36,176 bases of DNA from Acidobacteriota bacterium (lineage in GTDB: Bacteria; Acidobacteriota; UBA6911; RPQK01; JADFOI01), in NCBI GenBank assembly GCA_036338555.1, contig JAYZBY010000045.1, forward strand, positions 1 to 36,176, in the 5' to 3' direction. Positions 18,246 through 28,499 of this stretch are shown piece by piece; the first letter of the stretch is position 1; each line of letters starts with the position of its first letter. Made by a program: the position numbers and the translations under genes. The notes under the pieces were generated by a model that was not told the DNA's origin, did not search any database, and was given only the letters and a program-made list of their open reading frames with translations.

Positions 18246-18818
18246 TCATCCGGACAATCCGGCGAGCCCCAGCTGTTCCGCGACTTCGACCATGGCATCT
18301 CGAACAAAAGCGATATGCTCCTCCAGCTCCACCTCGAGCCCTTCTGCGCCTGCCCGGATATCCTCCCGGCTGACGTTTCGAGCGAAGGCTTTGTCCTTGA
18401 GTCTCTTTTTCACCGACTTGACGGGTAGTTCCGCCACCTTTTTTTCGGGCCTTACCAACGTCGCAGCCGTTAGAAACCCACACAGTTCATCAACTGCAAA
18501 CAGGGCCTTGTCCATCAAGCTTTCTCTGGGCAGGTGCATGTGATCGGCGTGCGCCTTGATGGCATAGATGATGTCCTCCGGATACCCTCGAGCCTCAAGG
18601 ATAGCCGCACCCACACGCGGGTGATCTTCAGGATCGGGGTTCTGTTCGTAGTCAAAGTCATGAAGCAGTCCGGCAATTCCCCATTTTTCCTCATCTTTGC
18701 CGAACTTACGAGCATAGGCTCGCATGGCGGCTTCGACCGCCAGAGCGTGCTTGATCAGGCTTTCGCTCTGAGTATACTCATGAAGTAGTTGGCGCGCCTC
18801 GTCTCCGTTGACATCCAT
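18246..18818 (-). CDS. HD/HDIG-domain metal-dependent phosphohydrolase
   Basis: KHALAVEAAM, GLLHDFDYE, AVDELCG, KDKAFA. Confidence 0.88.
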   Translation of the reverse strand: MDVNGDEARQLLHEYTQSESLIKHALAVEAAMRAYARKFGKDEEKWGIAGLLHDFDYEQNPDPEDHPRVGAAILEARGYPEDIIYAIKAHADHMHLPRESLMDKALFAVDELCGFLTAATLVRPEKKVAELPVKSVKKRLKDKAFARNVSREDIRAGAEGLEVELEEHIAFVRDAMVEVAEQLGLAGLSG

Positions 18819-18881
18819 GAATTTCTCCGCTGCAGGAAGCCAGTATAATGGGTGCGCCAGGATAACTTAAACCTCCTAGTC

Positions 18882-20315
18882 ATGCGAAGAGCGAAAATAG
18901 TTGCCACTATCGGCCCGGCCAGCAATTCCTTAGAGACGATCGAGGAGTTGATTCGGGCGGGAATGGATGTGGCTCGCCTCAATTTTTCTCACGGAGACCA
19001 CGACTCCCACGCCAAAATGATCACCCGCATTCGCCAGGCCTCCCAATCGCTGGGAAAACCCGTGGCCATCATGCAGGACCTTCAGGGCCTGAAGATCCGG
19101 ACCGGTGAACTGGAGAGCAAAGAATCCGTTGAACTGAGAGCGGGCCAGCGATTCGTGATCACGACGGAAACAATCAAAGGCAGCCAGGAAAGGGTCTCCA
19201 CTTCCTATACATTGCTTCCCCAGGACGTAAAAAGCGGAAATCGCGTTCTTCTATCCGATGGCCTGATCGAACTCCGGGTAAAATCCACCACCGCCACCGA
19301 GGTGGAATGTGAGGTGATCGACGGCGGGACGCTCACGGAAACCCAGGGCATCAATCTGCCCGGGGTGCGCATTTCAGCTCCGGTCCTGACAAAAAAAGAT
19401 TTGGGCGATCTGGCCTTCGGGATAGAACATCAGGTCGACTACGTCGCCCTCTCTTATATTCAACGCGCCGAGGACATTCTGCGCCTGAGAGCGGAATGCC
19501 CCTCCCAGAATCGCGACATACCCATCATCGCAAAACTGGAGACTCCGATGGCGATCGAGAATCTGGACGCCATCATGGAGGCCTGCGATGCCGTCATGGT
19601 GGCGCGAGGAGATCTGGGCGTAGAGCTGGCTCCTGAAAAGGTCCCGGTCATCCAGAAGCAGGTGATAAGCCGCGCCAACCAATTGGGCAAAGCGGTTATC
19701 ACGGCCACTCAGATGCTGGAATCGATGGTCACCAACCCCCGACCCACCCGTGCCGAGGCCTCCGATGTGGCCAACGCCATTTTCGACGGCACCGACGCCG
19801 TAATGCTCTCGGCGGAGACCACCAAGGGCCGTTATCCAGTTGAATCGGTCGTCATGATGGCCAGAATTATTGACGAAGCCGAAAAGGCGGGAAGTCGGAC
19901 CCGGGCAGGCCGGCCACAGAAGGCCGAGGATCTTTCTTTCCCGGAAGCGGTCTGCAACGCCGCTTTTCATGCCTCCAAATCGATCAACGCCCAGGCCATT
20001 GTCGTTTTTACCCAAACCGGCTCCACGGCCCGCATGATCTCCAAGTTTCGTCCTTCAGCAAACATCTTTGGCCTCACCCCTCACTCTCGGGTGATGAACC
20101 GAATGGCCCTTTATTGGGGAGTTCAACCCCTACAGATGCCGGAGATCGCCAACCTGGAACAGTTGATCGAGGAACTGGAGAAGCTTCTACTCAAAATCAA
20201 ACTGGTTTCCGCCGGAGACAAGCTGATCATCCTCACGGGCGGCACCATCGTCCAGGAGGGCAGCACCACCCTGATGAAACTGCACGAAGTGAAACCCCTG
20301 ACCCCTGACCCCTGA
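18882..20315 (+). CDS. pyk: pyruvate kinase
   Basis: KIVATIGPAS, ARLNFSHG, MVARGDLGVE, ATQMLESM, PTRAEASDVANA; start re-placed from 18852. Confidence 0.97.
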   Translation: MRRAKIVATIGPASNSLETIEELIRAGMDVARLNFSHGDHDSHAKMITRIRQASQSLGKPVAIMQDLQGLKIRTGELESKESVELRAGQRFVITTETIKGSQERVSTSYTLLPQDVKSGNRVLLSDGLIELRVKSTTATEVECEVIDGGTLTETQGINLPGVRISAPVLTKKDLGDLAFGIEHQVDYVALSYIQRAEDILRLRAECPSQNRDIPIIAKLETPMAIENLDAIMEACDAVMVARGDLGVELAPEKVPVIQKQVISRANQLGKAVITATQMLESMVTNPRPTRAEASDVANAIFDGTDAVMLSAETTKGRYPVESVVMMARIIDEAEKAGSRTRAGRPQKAEDLSFPEAVCNAAFHASKSINAQAIVVFTQTGSTARMISKFRPSANIFGLTPHSRVMNRMALYWGVQPLQMPEIANLEQLIEELEKLLLKIKLVSAGDKLIILTGGTIVQEGSTTLMKLHEVKPLTPDP

Positions 20316-20419
20316 CCGGGGGCCGCTGGTCTTCGACCAGCGGATTCCACGTTCCAGGTTTCACGTTTCCGGAGTGTGGGAGGCACCTCAGCGCACCGAT
20401 TCCGGAAAGCCGCTCACAG
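20294..20419 (+). repeat. composite repeat: (ACCCCTG)3 + hairpin + GTTCCAS heptamers + REP-A + partial REP-B
   Basis: ACCCCTG x3 at 20294-20314; CCGCTGGTC-TTC-GACCAGCGG at 20323-20343; heptamers at 20344-20371; REP-A at 20369-20405. Confidence 0.9.
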
Positions 20420-20463
20420 TTGCTCGCCAGATTTCCAGCATCGCTCCGAAGGGGCGACAGGAT

Positions 20464-20492
20464 CTGAGTCAGGGCGTCCCGCCCTGACTCAG
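20464..20492. terminator. perfect 13-bp hairpin, possible terminator between convergent pyk and RND genes
   Basis: CTGAGTCAGGGCG-TCC-CGCCCTGACTCAG followed by TCTTCTCT; no clean U-tract. Confidence 0.45.
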
Positions 20493-20495
20493 TCT

Positions 20496-20549
20496 TCTCT
20501 GTGTCTTTGTGTCTCTGGGGTGAAAATTTCTTTCTGTGCCTTTGTGGTA
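20496..20549 (-). repeat. CACCACAGAG-type dispersed repeat, copy 4
   Basis: TCTCTGTGTCTTTGTGTCTCTGGGGTGAAAATTTCTTTCTGTGCCTTTGTGGTA. Confidence 0.88.
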
Positions 20550-20559
20550 AGACTCGATA

Positions 20560-23500
20560 TCAGGCAGGCGAGGGTCGACGACTGAGAATTCTGGAGACCA
20601 AACGGATCAGGTAGCTACCCCCTCGCGAGACATCGTCCATGTAGGAATACACGGTGGGCAGAATGATCAGGGTGAGAAACGTCGAGGTGGTCAGGCCGCC
20701 CAGCACGGCCAGGCTGATAGGAGTCCACATGCCGGCCCGGCCCTGAGCGGCTGGAAAGTATTCCGGTAAAAGAGCAGGCAACGATAGGGGTAAAAGGCCA
20801 AAAAGCGAGGTTGCCGCCGTCATTAAAATGGGGCGAAGGCGGTCCATCCCACCCTGACGAATGGCCTCACTCCGGGGCATGCCCTGACCTCTCAAAATAT
20901 TGATGTGCGCAATCAGGATGATCCCGTTGTTCACGACGATCCCAAACAGGACCAAAATGCCGAGATAGGCCATCGAATTGAGCGTGGTTCCCGTCAGGTA
21001 AAAGATGCCAGCCACTCCGATGATGGAGAAGGGCACGCAAAAAAGAATCGTCAAGGGGTGGATAAAGCTCTCGAACAGAGCCGCCATGATGATGTACATC
21101 AGAGTGAGCGCCAAGATAATAGCAAATAAACTATCCTGTTCCCCGCGCCGAAAACGCATCCAATCACGGCCGAAATCAAACGAGTACCCGGCCGGCAGCT
21201 GAAGCTGACTCTCCAGCTCACCCCGAATCGCCTCAGTGAGGAACACCCCACCTCCACGTTCGGCGTTCGCCGTCACCTGGAGAGTCCCCTTGCGGTCATC
21301 CCGCCGGATGGACAAAGGACCCTTCTGATACTGGTAGTCGGCAACGGCATAGAGAGGGATCATCTCACCATTCCGATTTTCAAAATGGACATTCTGCAAT
21401 TCCTGCAGGCTCAGATCATTCCCTTCTTCGAGCTGCATTACCACATCGATCTCACCATCATCGCTCTTGTACCGAGTCACGGAACGAGTGCTCAAGGCTG
21501 AGGCAACAGTTCGGGCGACCAGCTGGGAAGAAATTCCGAACTGTTCCGTCTTCCGTCGATCCACCATCAAATGAATCTCTTCATCGCCCGTTTCCAAAGA
21601 ACTTTCCACATCCTGGATCTCCGACATCTCTGAAAGAATCGACTTGACTTGCTCCGCATACATGGCCAGGACGGCCGACTCATCTCCTTTCAACTCGACG
21701 TTGACGCCCATTTCACCGCCACCCATTCGGTGCATGCGCCCGAAGCTGAAAGCGGCTCCCGGGACTTCCGGGAAAAGACCTCGCACCTGCTCCTGGACCA
21801 CTTCGGTCGGGTTAATGTCCCCCTCATCTTCCAGAAAGATGGTCATGGTTCCCCGGTACTGCCCGCGGTTGGTGGTCCTGTTGCTGAAATTGCTGGAAAC
21901 GCTGGCCACACCCAGCTCCTGCTTGCGATCCAGAATAAGCCTCTCGACATCGGTGAACAGGGCGATCATATCCTGAGCCGAAAAGGAGCGCTCCATGGTT
22001 ACGCTCACCCTCAGGTTCCGCTGAGATACCCGGGGGAGCATTTCCCGGTCAATCGAATTGAAGAGGTGATAGGAGGCGAATCCCAGCAGCGCCATCACGA
22101 TAAGCGCCACGAACCTCCAGCGCAACAGCCATCCCATGAGAGCCCCGTAGGTCTCGGTCAGCCACACAATGATCCGCTGCTTGGGCTTCTCCTCTCCCGT
22201 AAAGATGCGGCTCGCCAGCATCGGGATCAGGGTGAGGGAGACGATCAGAGCCGCCGTCAAGGCCACACCCACGGTCAAACCGAAATCCTTCATGAACCGA
22301 CCCATCTGAGAACCGGGCGCGAAGATAAAACTGGCAAAGACTACCAGGGTCGTCGCGGTGGAGGCCAGCACCGCCATTCCGACTTCCTTGCTGCCCAGGA
22401 TGGCTGCTTCACGGGCCTCCAGGCCTTTATCCTGCTTGTAGCGGAAGATGTTCTCCAGAACTACGACACTGCTGTCGACCAGCATCCCGATGGCGACCAT
22501 GAGGCCCATCAAAGACACCACGTTCAGGCTAATATCGGAGCCGGCAAAAACTCGGAGCAAATACATGAAAGCAAAAGTGAAAACGATCGACACCGGAATG
22601 GCGATGGAAATAATGAGGGTGCTGCGAAACTTCCTCATGAAGAAGAACAGCACGCCCATGGCCAGAACGCCCCCGTAGATTCCAGCGGCTTTCAGGTCGT
22701 CCAAGCTCTTGACGATTGCTTCGGACTGGTCCCGGAAAATTCTTGTCGATAATTGTCCCGCCAGCTGGGGTAACGCCTGGATCTCTTCCAATTCCGCCTT
22801 CAACAATTCAGCCACGTTGACGACATTGGCCGTGGAAGACTTGTAGACATTGAAATTAACAGCGTTGATGCCGTTGAGGCGAGAAAAGGAGGTCTTCTCG
22901 GGGTAGTCATACCGAACCTGGGCGACATCGGCCAGGCTGAAGCGTCCGCCTCGCAGGGGCAGACTAGCAATCTCATCGATGTCCGAAAACTCACCCACCG
23001 TTCTGAGGCTGTACTTTTTGCCCCCATCCATGACGTAGCCCCCGGCAACGTTGAGGTTGTTGCTGCGCAGCGCCTGGTTCAAATTGAAGATATCGATCCC
23101 GTAGGCCTGGAGTAATCCCTGGTCCAAATCAATGATGATCTGCTTGGTGTCCATGCCCCTGACCTCGACATTGGCGACCCCTTCGATTGGTTCCAGGCGG
23201 CGGCGCAGGGTCTCTTCAACCACCTGATACAGTTCCTCGCTATCTCCGCTCCAGGAAACGGAAAAGCGCAGTACCGGCTGATCGTCATCGTGCCATCTCC
23301 TGATAGCAACACGCTCCACGTCGGTCGGCAACGTGTTCCTGACCTGATCGATTCGGTCCCGTATGTCCAGGGACATGAGGTCCATGTCGGTCCCCTGGGC
23401 GAACTCGAGCCGAAGGGTGGATCGGCTCCCGGATGACGTCGAGTTGATGCTCTCCAGATTGTCCAGAGTGCTGAGGACTTCTTCCAACGGCCGGGTGATG

Positions 23501-23685
23501 TTCTGCTCCACCTCTTCGGGAGAGGAGGAAGGATAATCCACATTCACCGACAGCATGGCAAAGGAAATCTCCGGCATTTGCTTCAGGGGCAGGCGCTGCA
23601 GGGACAAAAAGCCCAGAACCAGAATGGAAAGGGTTGCCATCAGGACCGCTACCGGTCGATGCACTGAAAATCTGGACAGATTCAT
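20560..23685 (-). CDS. RND efflux transporter permease subunit 2
   Basis: 1041 aa; RPVA, YP..SPEEVEQ.IT.PLEE, GMLVDSSVVVLENI, RLRPILMT. Confidence 0.93.
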   Translation of the reverse strand: MNLSRFSVHRPVAVLMATLSILVLGFLSLQRLPLKQMPEISFAMLSVNVDYPSSSPEEVEQNITRPLEEVLSTLDNLESINSTSSGSRSTLRLEFAQGTDMDLMSLDIRDRIDQVRNTLPTDVERVAIRRWHDDDQPVLRFSVSWSGDSEELYQVVEETLRRRLEPIEGVANVEVRGMDTKQIIIDLDQGLLQAYGIDIFNLNQALRSNNLNVAGGYVMDGGKKYSLRTVGEFSDIDEIASLPLRGGRFSLADVAQVRYDYPEKTSFSRLNGINAVNFNVYKSSTANVVNVAELLKAELEEIQALPQLAGQLSTRIFRDQSEAIVKSLDDLKAAGIYGGVLAMGVLFFFMRKFRSTLIISIAIPVSIVFTFAFMYLLRVFAGSDISLNVVSLMGLMVAIGMLVDSSVVVLENIFRYKQDKGLEAREAAILGSKEVGMAVLASTATTLVVFASFIFAPGSQMGRFMKDFGLTVGVALTAALIVSLTLIPMLASRIFTGEEKPKQRIIVWLTETYGALMGWLLRWRFVALIVMALLGFASYHLFNSIDREMLPRVSQRNLRVSVTMERSFSAQDMIALFTDVERLILDRKQELGVASVSSNFSNRTTNRGQYRGTMTIFLEDEGDINPTEVVQEQVRGLFPEVPGAAFSFGRMHRMGGGEMGVNVELKGDESAVLAMYAEQVKSILSEMSEIQDVESSLETGDEEIHLMVDRRKTEQFGISSQLVARTVASALSTRSVTRYKSDDGEIDVVMQLEEGNDLSLQELQNVHFENRNGEMIPLYAVADYQYQKGPLSIRRDDRKGTLQVTANAERGGGVFLTEAIRGELESQLQLPAGYSFDFGRDWMRFRRGEQDSLFAIILALTLMYIIMAALFESFIHPLTILFCVPFSIIGVAGIFYLTGTTLNSMAYLGILVLFGIVVNNGIILIAHINILRGQGMPRSEAIRQGGMDRLRPILMTAATSLFGLLPLSLPALLPEYFPAAQGRAGMWTPISLAVLGGLTTSTFLTLIILPTVYSYMDDVSRGGSYLIRLVSRILSRRPSPA

Positions 23686-26600
23686 TTCCGTTTCTCCCGG
23701 GTAATCAATGTGTAGAGCACCGGGACCAGGCCCAATGTCAACAACGTCGATGAAATCAAACCGCCGATCACTGTGATGGCCAGCGGAACTCGAAGCTCCG
23801 AGCCTTCACCCAGGCTCACCGCCATGGGAATCAAGCCCAGGACGGTGGTGCTGGTGGTCATCAAAATGGGTCTCAGCCTTATGGCACAGGCCTGTTGGAT
23901 GGCCTCAAATTTGTCTTTTCCCTGTTTTCTCAGTTGGTTGGTAAAGTCTATCAAAACGATGGAGTTGTTCACAACGATGCCCGCCAGGATCACGACTCCG
24001 ATCAGCACCACGACGCTCAACACCAATTGGGTCAGGTACAGGGCCGCCGCCACACCAATTAAGGCAAAGGGTATGGCGAACATGATAATGAAGGGTTGAA
24101 CCAGAGATTCAAACTGGGAAGCCATGACCAGATAGACCAGAAAGATGGCCAATGCAATGGCGAATTGCATGCTTTCAAAGGCTACCACCCGCTCTTCGCT
24201 TTGACCGCCCACGTAGGCCAGGATATCGGGCGGAAACTCAAATTCCTGTAAAATCATGTCGATCTCACTCACCAGACTTTCCAGATCCCGCCCCACGATG
24301 TTGGCCGTTATCAGTGCAACCCGTTGAGGTCCGATCCGTCTGATTTCAGCTGGCCCTTCTTCCAAAATCACATCGGCTACCGTGGCTAGCTGAACAGGAG
24401 TGCGGTTGGGCACATCGATGGCTAAATTTTTTAGATCAAAAAGAGACCTGCGATCCTCTTCCAGGACCCGGACCCTGATATCGATCTTCCGATCCAATTC
24501 ATTCAACTCGGTCGCAATATCTCCCTGAACCTTGGTACGCAGCAGTCCCGCGGCCTGGCTGATGGTCAGGCCGTAATTGGCCAGTTTTTGTCGATCAAAG
24601 TGAATCTGAACTTCGGGATTTCCGCCGTCGGTACTGGCCTTGAGATCCCTCAATCCCGGTATCCGGGCAAGCCGTTCCCGGATCTGATCAGCATAGGTTT
24701 TCAAGGCCGTCAAATTGTATCCCTGGATGATCACCTCGATGGGAGTCTTGAAGCTAAATAGAGCCGGTCGGGAAAACGTGTAATCCACCGCCAGTAGGCC
24801 CTGAAACTTCCCTCTGAGCCCTTCCAAAACCTCGGTTTCTTTTTCCCGAAGCATGTCGGGACCCAAGGCCACCAAGACCCGCCCGATGTGCTCTCTCTCC
24901 TCGACTGCCGAGACGCCCGTTTGGTTGCCTGCGCCGGCAATGGTGTAATACATCCGGACCTCTTCCTGGCCCTCGATGAACCCCTCGACGCTCTCCATTT
25001 GTTGGGCAGTCTGCTCCACCGGGGTTCCGGGTGAAAACTGCAGATCCACAAAAAACTCGCCTTGGCTGATTTCAGGAATCAGCTCCGCTCCCAGGCCAGC
25101 AAGCATACCCAGGGCACCCACAAACAACGCCAGGGCAACGGCCAAAGAGACCCATCGCTGCCGTAACACCAGCCTCAGAAACCAGGAATAGGGGCGAACC
25201 AGAAAAAAGACCTTGTATTCTCTTGTGGGTGCAGTGCCCGAGAGTTCTTCTCCGCTTGGCCGACTCAAGCTGGCAAGCATGGGGATCAGCATGATGGCCA
25301 CCACCAGGGAAGCCGCCAAAGCGAAGGTGACGGTCAATGCCTGATCGGCAAAGAGCTGTCCAGCGATGCCCTCCACAAAAACAATCGGCGCGAAAACGCA
25401 GACAGTGGTCAGGGTGCTGGCAACGACGGCCTGACCCACTTCACTAGCGCCTAGGTTAGCCGCCTCCTTGGGCGGGTGGCCCTTCACCTGGTATCGGTAG
25501 ATGGCCTCCAGAACCACGATCGAGCTGTCCACCAGCATTCCAATGCCCAACGCCAGTCCGCTGAGCGACATAATGTTCAGGGAGATGTCGGCACCGTACA
25601 TCAAAAAGAAGGTGGCCACGATCGAAATCGGAATCGACAATGCGATGATCAGCGTGCTTCTGACGCTTCGCAAAAAGAGAAACAAGACGACGATCGCCAG
25701 GATGCCGCCCATGACGGCAGTACTTCGAACCTCGTTAATGGAGTTCTCAATGAATTGCGACTGGTCGAAAACCACTTCGAAATCAAGGGGATCTTTTTTC
25801 CCGGCGTACTCCTCTTCAAGCTGGTCCAGCCGGCTCCGCACCAGTGTTGCAGCGGTGACGGTGTTGGCGGCGGCGGCTTTGAAGATCGCAATCTCGACAC
25901 TTTCTTTCCCGTTGATCCGGGTAATGACCTTGCGTTCCTTGTAACCGGAAAACACCCTTCCGATATCATCCAGGCGAATGGGGATCGTATTTCTCTGAGC
26001 CACGATGATCTCATTGATTTCGTCGACTCCTTGAAACTCGTTGAGAGTTCGAACCAGATAATTGCTTTCGCCTTCCTGAAGGGTTCCTCCCGTCAGATTG
26101 ATGTTCTCCTGAGCCAGCCGAGAGGTGACTTCCTGAATCGAGATTCCCAGGGAAGCGAGTCGCTGCTCATCCAACTCGACCTGGATTTCTTCTTCGAATC
26201 CTCCTGACACCCGGACCGCCGCGACTCCGTCGATACTCTCCAGGTCGGATCGGATGAATTCTTCACAAAGATAGCGAATGGCTGCCAGATCGGATGAGCC
26301 GGAGACGCTGACCTTCATGATGGGGTCGCTGGAAGGGTCATATCGAAGTAAAATGGGCTTGTCTGCCTCCAGCGGCAGCTGCAGTTGATCCAGCTTTTCC
26401 CGAACGTCAAGTCCGGCAAAGTCCATGTTGGTTCGCCAGCTGAACTCCAGGATGACGTCGGAAACCTCCGGCCTTGAGACCGAACTTACACGGACCACAT
26501 TGTTGACCACACTCACCCCATTCTCGACCGGCTTGGTGATCAGATTCTCGATTTCAGCGGGAGCGGCACCCTCATAATTGGTGCGAATTGTGAGAGTCGG

Positions 26601-26726
26601 ATAGGAGATCTCAGGGAGGAGGTTCAGGGCCAGCCTGCTGTAGGAAACAATGCCAAAAACAGCGATCGCCAGAAAGAACATCGTCACCGTAACCGGACGA
26701 CGAATCGAAAATCCGACGATTCTCAT
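23682..26726 (-). CDS. RND efflux transporter permease subunit 1
   Basis: 1014 aa; RRPV, GMLVDSSIVVLE, GIVVNNSIVLID, RLRPILMT; ATGA overlaps on both sides. Confidence 0.93.
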   Translation of the reverse strand: MRIVGFSIRRPVTVTMFFLAIAVFGIVSYSRLALNLLPEISYPTLTIRTNYEGAAPAEIENLITKPVENGVSVVNNVVRVSSVSRPEVSDVILEFSWRTNMDFAGLDVREKLDQLQLPLEADKPILLRYDPSSDPIMKVSVSGSSDLAAIRYLCEEFIRSDLESIDGVAAVRVSGGFEEEIQVELDEQRLASLGISIQEVTSRLAQENINLTGGTLQEGESNYLVRTLNEFQGVDEINEIIVAQRNTIPIRLDDIGRVFSGYKERKVITRINGKESVEIAIFKAAAANTVTAATLVRSRLDQLEEEYAGKKDPLDFEVVFDQSQFIENSINEVRSTAVMGGILAIVVLFLFLRSVRSTLIIALSIPISIVATFFLMYGADISLNIMSLSGLALGIGMLVDSSIVVLEAIYRYQVKGHPPKEAANLGASEVGQAVVASTLTTVCVFAPIVFVEGIAGQLFADQALTVTFALAASLVVAIMLIPMLASLSRPSGEELSGTAPTREYKVFFLVRPYSWFLRLVLRQRWVSLAVALALFVGALGMLAGLGAELIPEISQGEFFVDLQFSPGTPVEQTAQQMESVEGFIEGQEEVRMYYTIAGAGNQTGVSAVEEREHIGRVLVALGPDMLREKETEVLEGLRGKFQGLLAVDYTFSRPALFSFKTPIEVIIQGYNLTALKTYADQIRERLARIPGLRDLKASTDGGNPEVQIHFDRQKLANYGLTISQAAGLLRTKVQGDIATELNELDRKIDIRVRVLEEDRRSLFDLKNLAIDVPNRTPVQLATVADVILEEGPAEIRRIGPQRVALITANIVGRDLESLVSEIDMILQEFEFPPDILAYVGGQSEERVVAFESMQFAIALAIFLVYLVMASQFESLVQPFIIMFAIPFALIGVAAALYLTQLVLSVVVLIGVVILAGIVVNNSIVLIDFTNQLRKQGKDKFEAIQQACAIRLRPILMTTSTTVLGLIPMAVSLGEGSELRVPLAITVIGGLISSTLLTLGLVPVLYTLITREKRK

Positions 26727-28249
26727 GGCCGGCGGGATACATCTCTATTTCTAAAGCGCTGCATCATCTGCTGGGCAAAGGTCCTCTTTTTATCAAAATC
26801 GGTGGCCAACTCAGGATCATCGACCAGACGGGACTCATACTCTTTCTTGATCTCAGGATCGTTGAGCAACCGACCCATCATGCGATCCACCATCTCCGGC
26901 GAAAGCGAGCCCTGGCCGCCTCTACCGCCAGGCCCTCCTCCTCTGGCCTGTTGTACGCGCTGCCGCTCTCGGTTAGGAACATTCGAGCCTTGCGGGGTGT
27001 CCGGAGCGCTCGCCGGCAAAGACGCCGCCGAACCTGGAGGTGAACTGGCCGAAGTTTGCTCAGAGGGTGGACTTCCATCCCACGACAGCACATTGACGGC
27101 ATAGCCATCGGCCAGGCCCTCATAGCCGACCGTGACGACCGCCTCTCCAGCCCTGATTCCCTCCACGATTTCGACCCAGTCTTCCTCGCTGAAGCCAAGG
27201 GTGACTTCACGTTTCTCGACCAGATTTTCGGCTGTGATGACAAAGGCTCGATTTTCATCGCGCTCACGCAAGATGGCCTTCTTGGGAATCACCACCGCAT
27301 CGGGGCGCGTTTCGGTCGCGATGTAAACGGTTCCAAACATCCCTGGCCGCAGCCGGTTGGTCCTTTCCATCTCCAGGGTCACCTTGACGGTTCCCGAGGC
27401 GGCATCGACAGTTGGATTGATCATCTTGATCCGAGCCGGAAACTCCTCCTCAGGAAAGGTCTCCACAACCACCTCGGCTTTCTGGCCCACCCGCAATTCG
27501 GGCAACTCCTTCTCAGGAACAAAAATTCTTGCCCACAACGGAGGGAACTCCTCGATGCTGAAGACCTCCTGATTGGAGTTGACTCGATCGCCCACTTCAA
27601 CCAGTCGCTGGGTGATCACACCATCTATGGGGGCCACGATCCGGGTGTATTCCATTTGGATGGTGGCCGCCCGCAGCCGGGCCTGAGCCGCCTCGTACTG
27701 CTGCTGGGCGGCGGCGGTACCCAGGCGATCGGTGCGATGGGTCAGGGAAGCCTGATCGAATTCCTGCTTGCTGATCAGCCTTTGCTCCAAAAGATCCTGG
27801 GCCCGGGCATGGTTGACTTCTGAGAGCTGGGCCTTCACCTCTGCCTGTTCCAGTTGCAGTCTCTCTTGATCCACCGCGATATCCGCCTGCTCATACTCAT
27901 TTCGAACTTCTCGATCCTCGAGCCGGGCCAGCACCTCCGCCGCCCGAACCGGGACCCCTTCCTCCACCAGAATCTCTTCGACGATGGCATTGAGCTTGGC
28001 ATGAACGGTCACCCTGCGAATCGATTCAACCGTTGTATTGGAGACGATATAGGTGGAAATAGGTTCGGTTGTGGCCAGGTAGGCCCTCACGCTGACGGCG
28101 CGAACTTCCCCTGAGCCACTCCGGCTACCCCGCCCGGGGCCACCCCGGGTGGAATTATTCCTCGCGGTCTCAGCTTCCTCCCCGCCCGAGCAGGCAATCA
28201 GAAAAAACAACTGCAGGAGAAGAGCCAACCCAGTGGATTTATGTCGCAT
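26723..28249 (-). CDS. RND periplasmic adaptor (membrane fusion protein), lipoprotein
   Basis: lipobox LIAC at Cys20, APIDGVI, LRPGMF, long helical hairpin, C-terminal extension. Confidence 0.9.
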   Translation of the reverse strand: MRHKSTGLALLLQLFFLIACSGGEEAETARNNSTRGGPGRGSRSGSGEVRAVSVRAYLATTEPISTYIVSNTTVESIRRVTVHAKLNAIVEEILVEEGVPVRAAEVLARLEDREVRNEYEQADIAVDQERLQLEQAEVKAQLSEVNHARAQDLLEQRLISKQEFDQASLTHRTDRLGTAAAQQQYEAAQARLRAATIQMEYTRIVAPIDGVITQRLVEVGDRVNSNQEVFSIEEFPPLWARIFVPEKELPELRVGQKAEVVVETFPEEEFPARIKMINPTVDAASGTVKVTLEMERTNRLRPGMFGTVYIATETRPDAVVIPKKAILRERDENRAFVITAENLVEKREVTLGFSEEDWVEIVEGIRAGEAVVTVGYEGLADGYAVNVLSWDGSPPSEQTSASSPPGSAASLPASAPDTPQGSNVPNRERQRVQQARGGGPGGRGGQGSLSPEMVDRMMGRLLNDPEIKKEYESRLVDDPELATDFDKKRTFAQQMMQRFRNRDVSRRP

Positions 28250-28284
28250 CGGTATTCCCGGCTACTATAAGGCACAGGTTAATG

Positions 28285-28310
28285 TACGAACCGGACCGCC
28301 CAGCGTTTCA
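28285..28310 (-). promoter_or_regulatory. ECF sigma-type promoter for the efflux operon
   Basis: TGAAAC-N16-CGTA, 35 nt upstream of the MFP start. Confidence 0.6.
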
Positions 28311-28499
28311 TTTGGTGGATTCGGGGCCGATTCGTAAGCTCCTTGCGAGTATAGCGCAAACATGCTGGACGAGACCTCTCGTTTTGGTGGGAAAGGCTAA
28401 TGACTGTTCAAGAGTATAGAGAAGCTCTTCGGCCACCTTCTTACCTTCTACGACTCGAACCAGGGGCCACTGAAAAGCTGCAAGGTGTGAGAGCCTGGG

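Noticed and set aside
17245-18543. 432-aa + strand ORF
   Set aside because: Antisense shadow of acs and the HD gene; no recognisable motifs.
28430-28490. GGTTCGAGTC T-loop-like motif on the minus strand after rpsU
   Set aside because: No T-stem or cloverleaf can be formed; not a tRNA.
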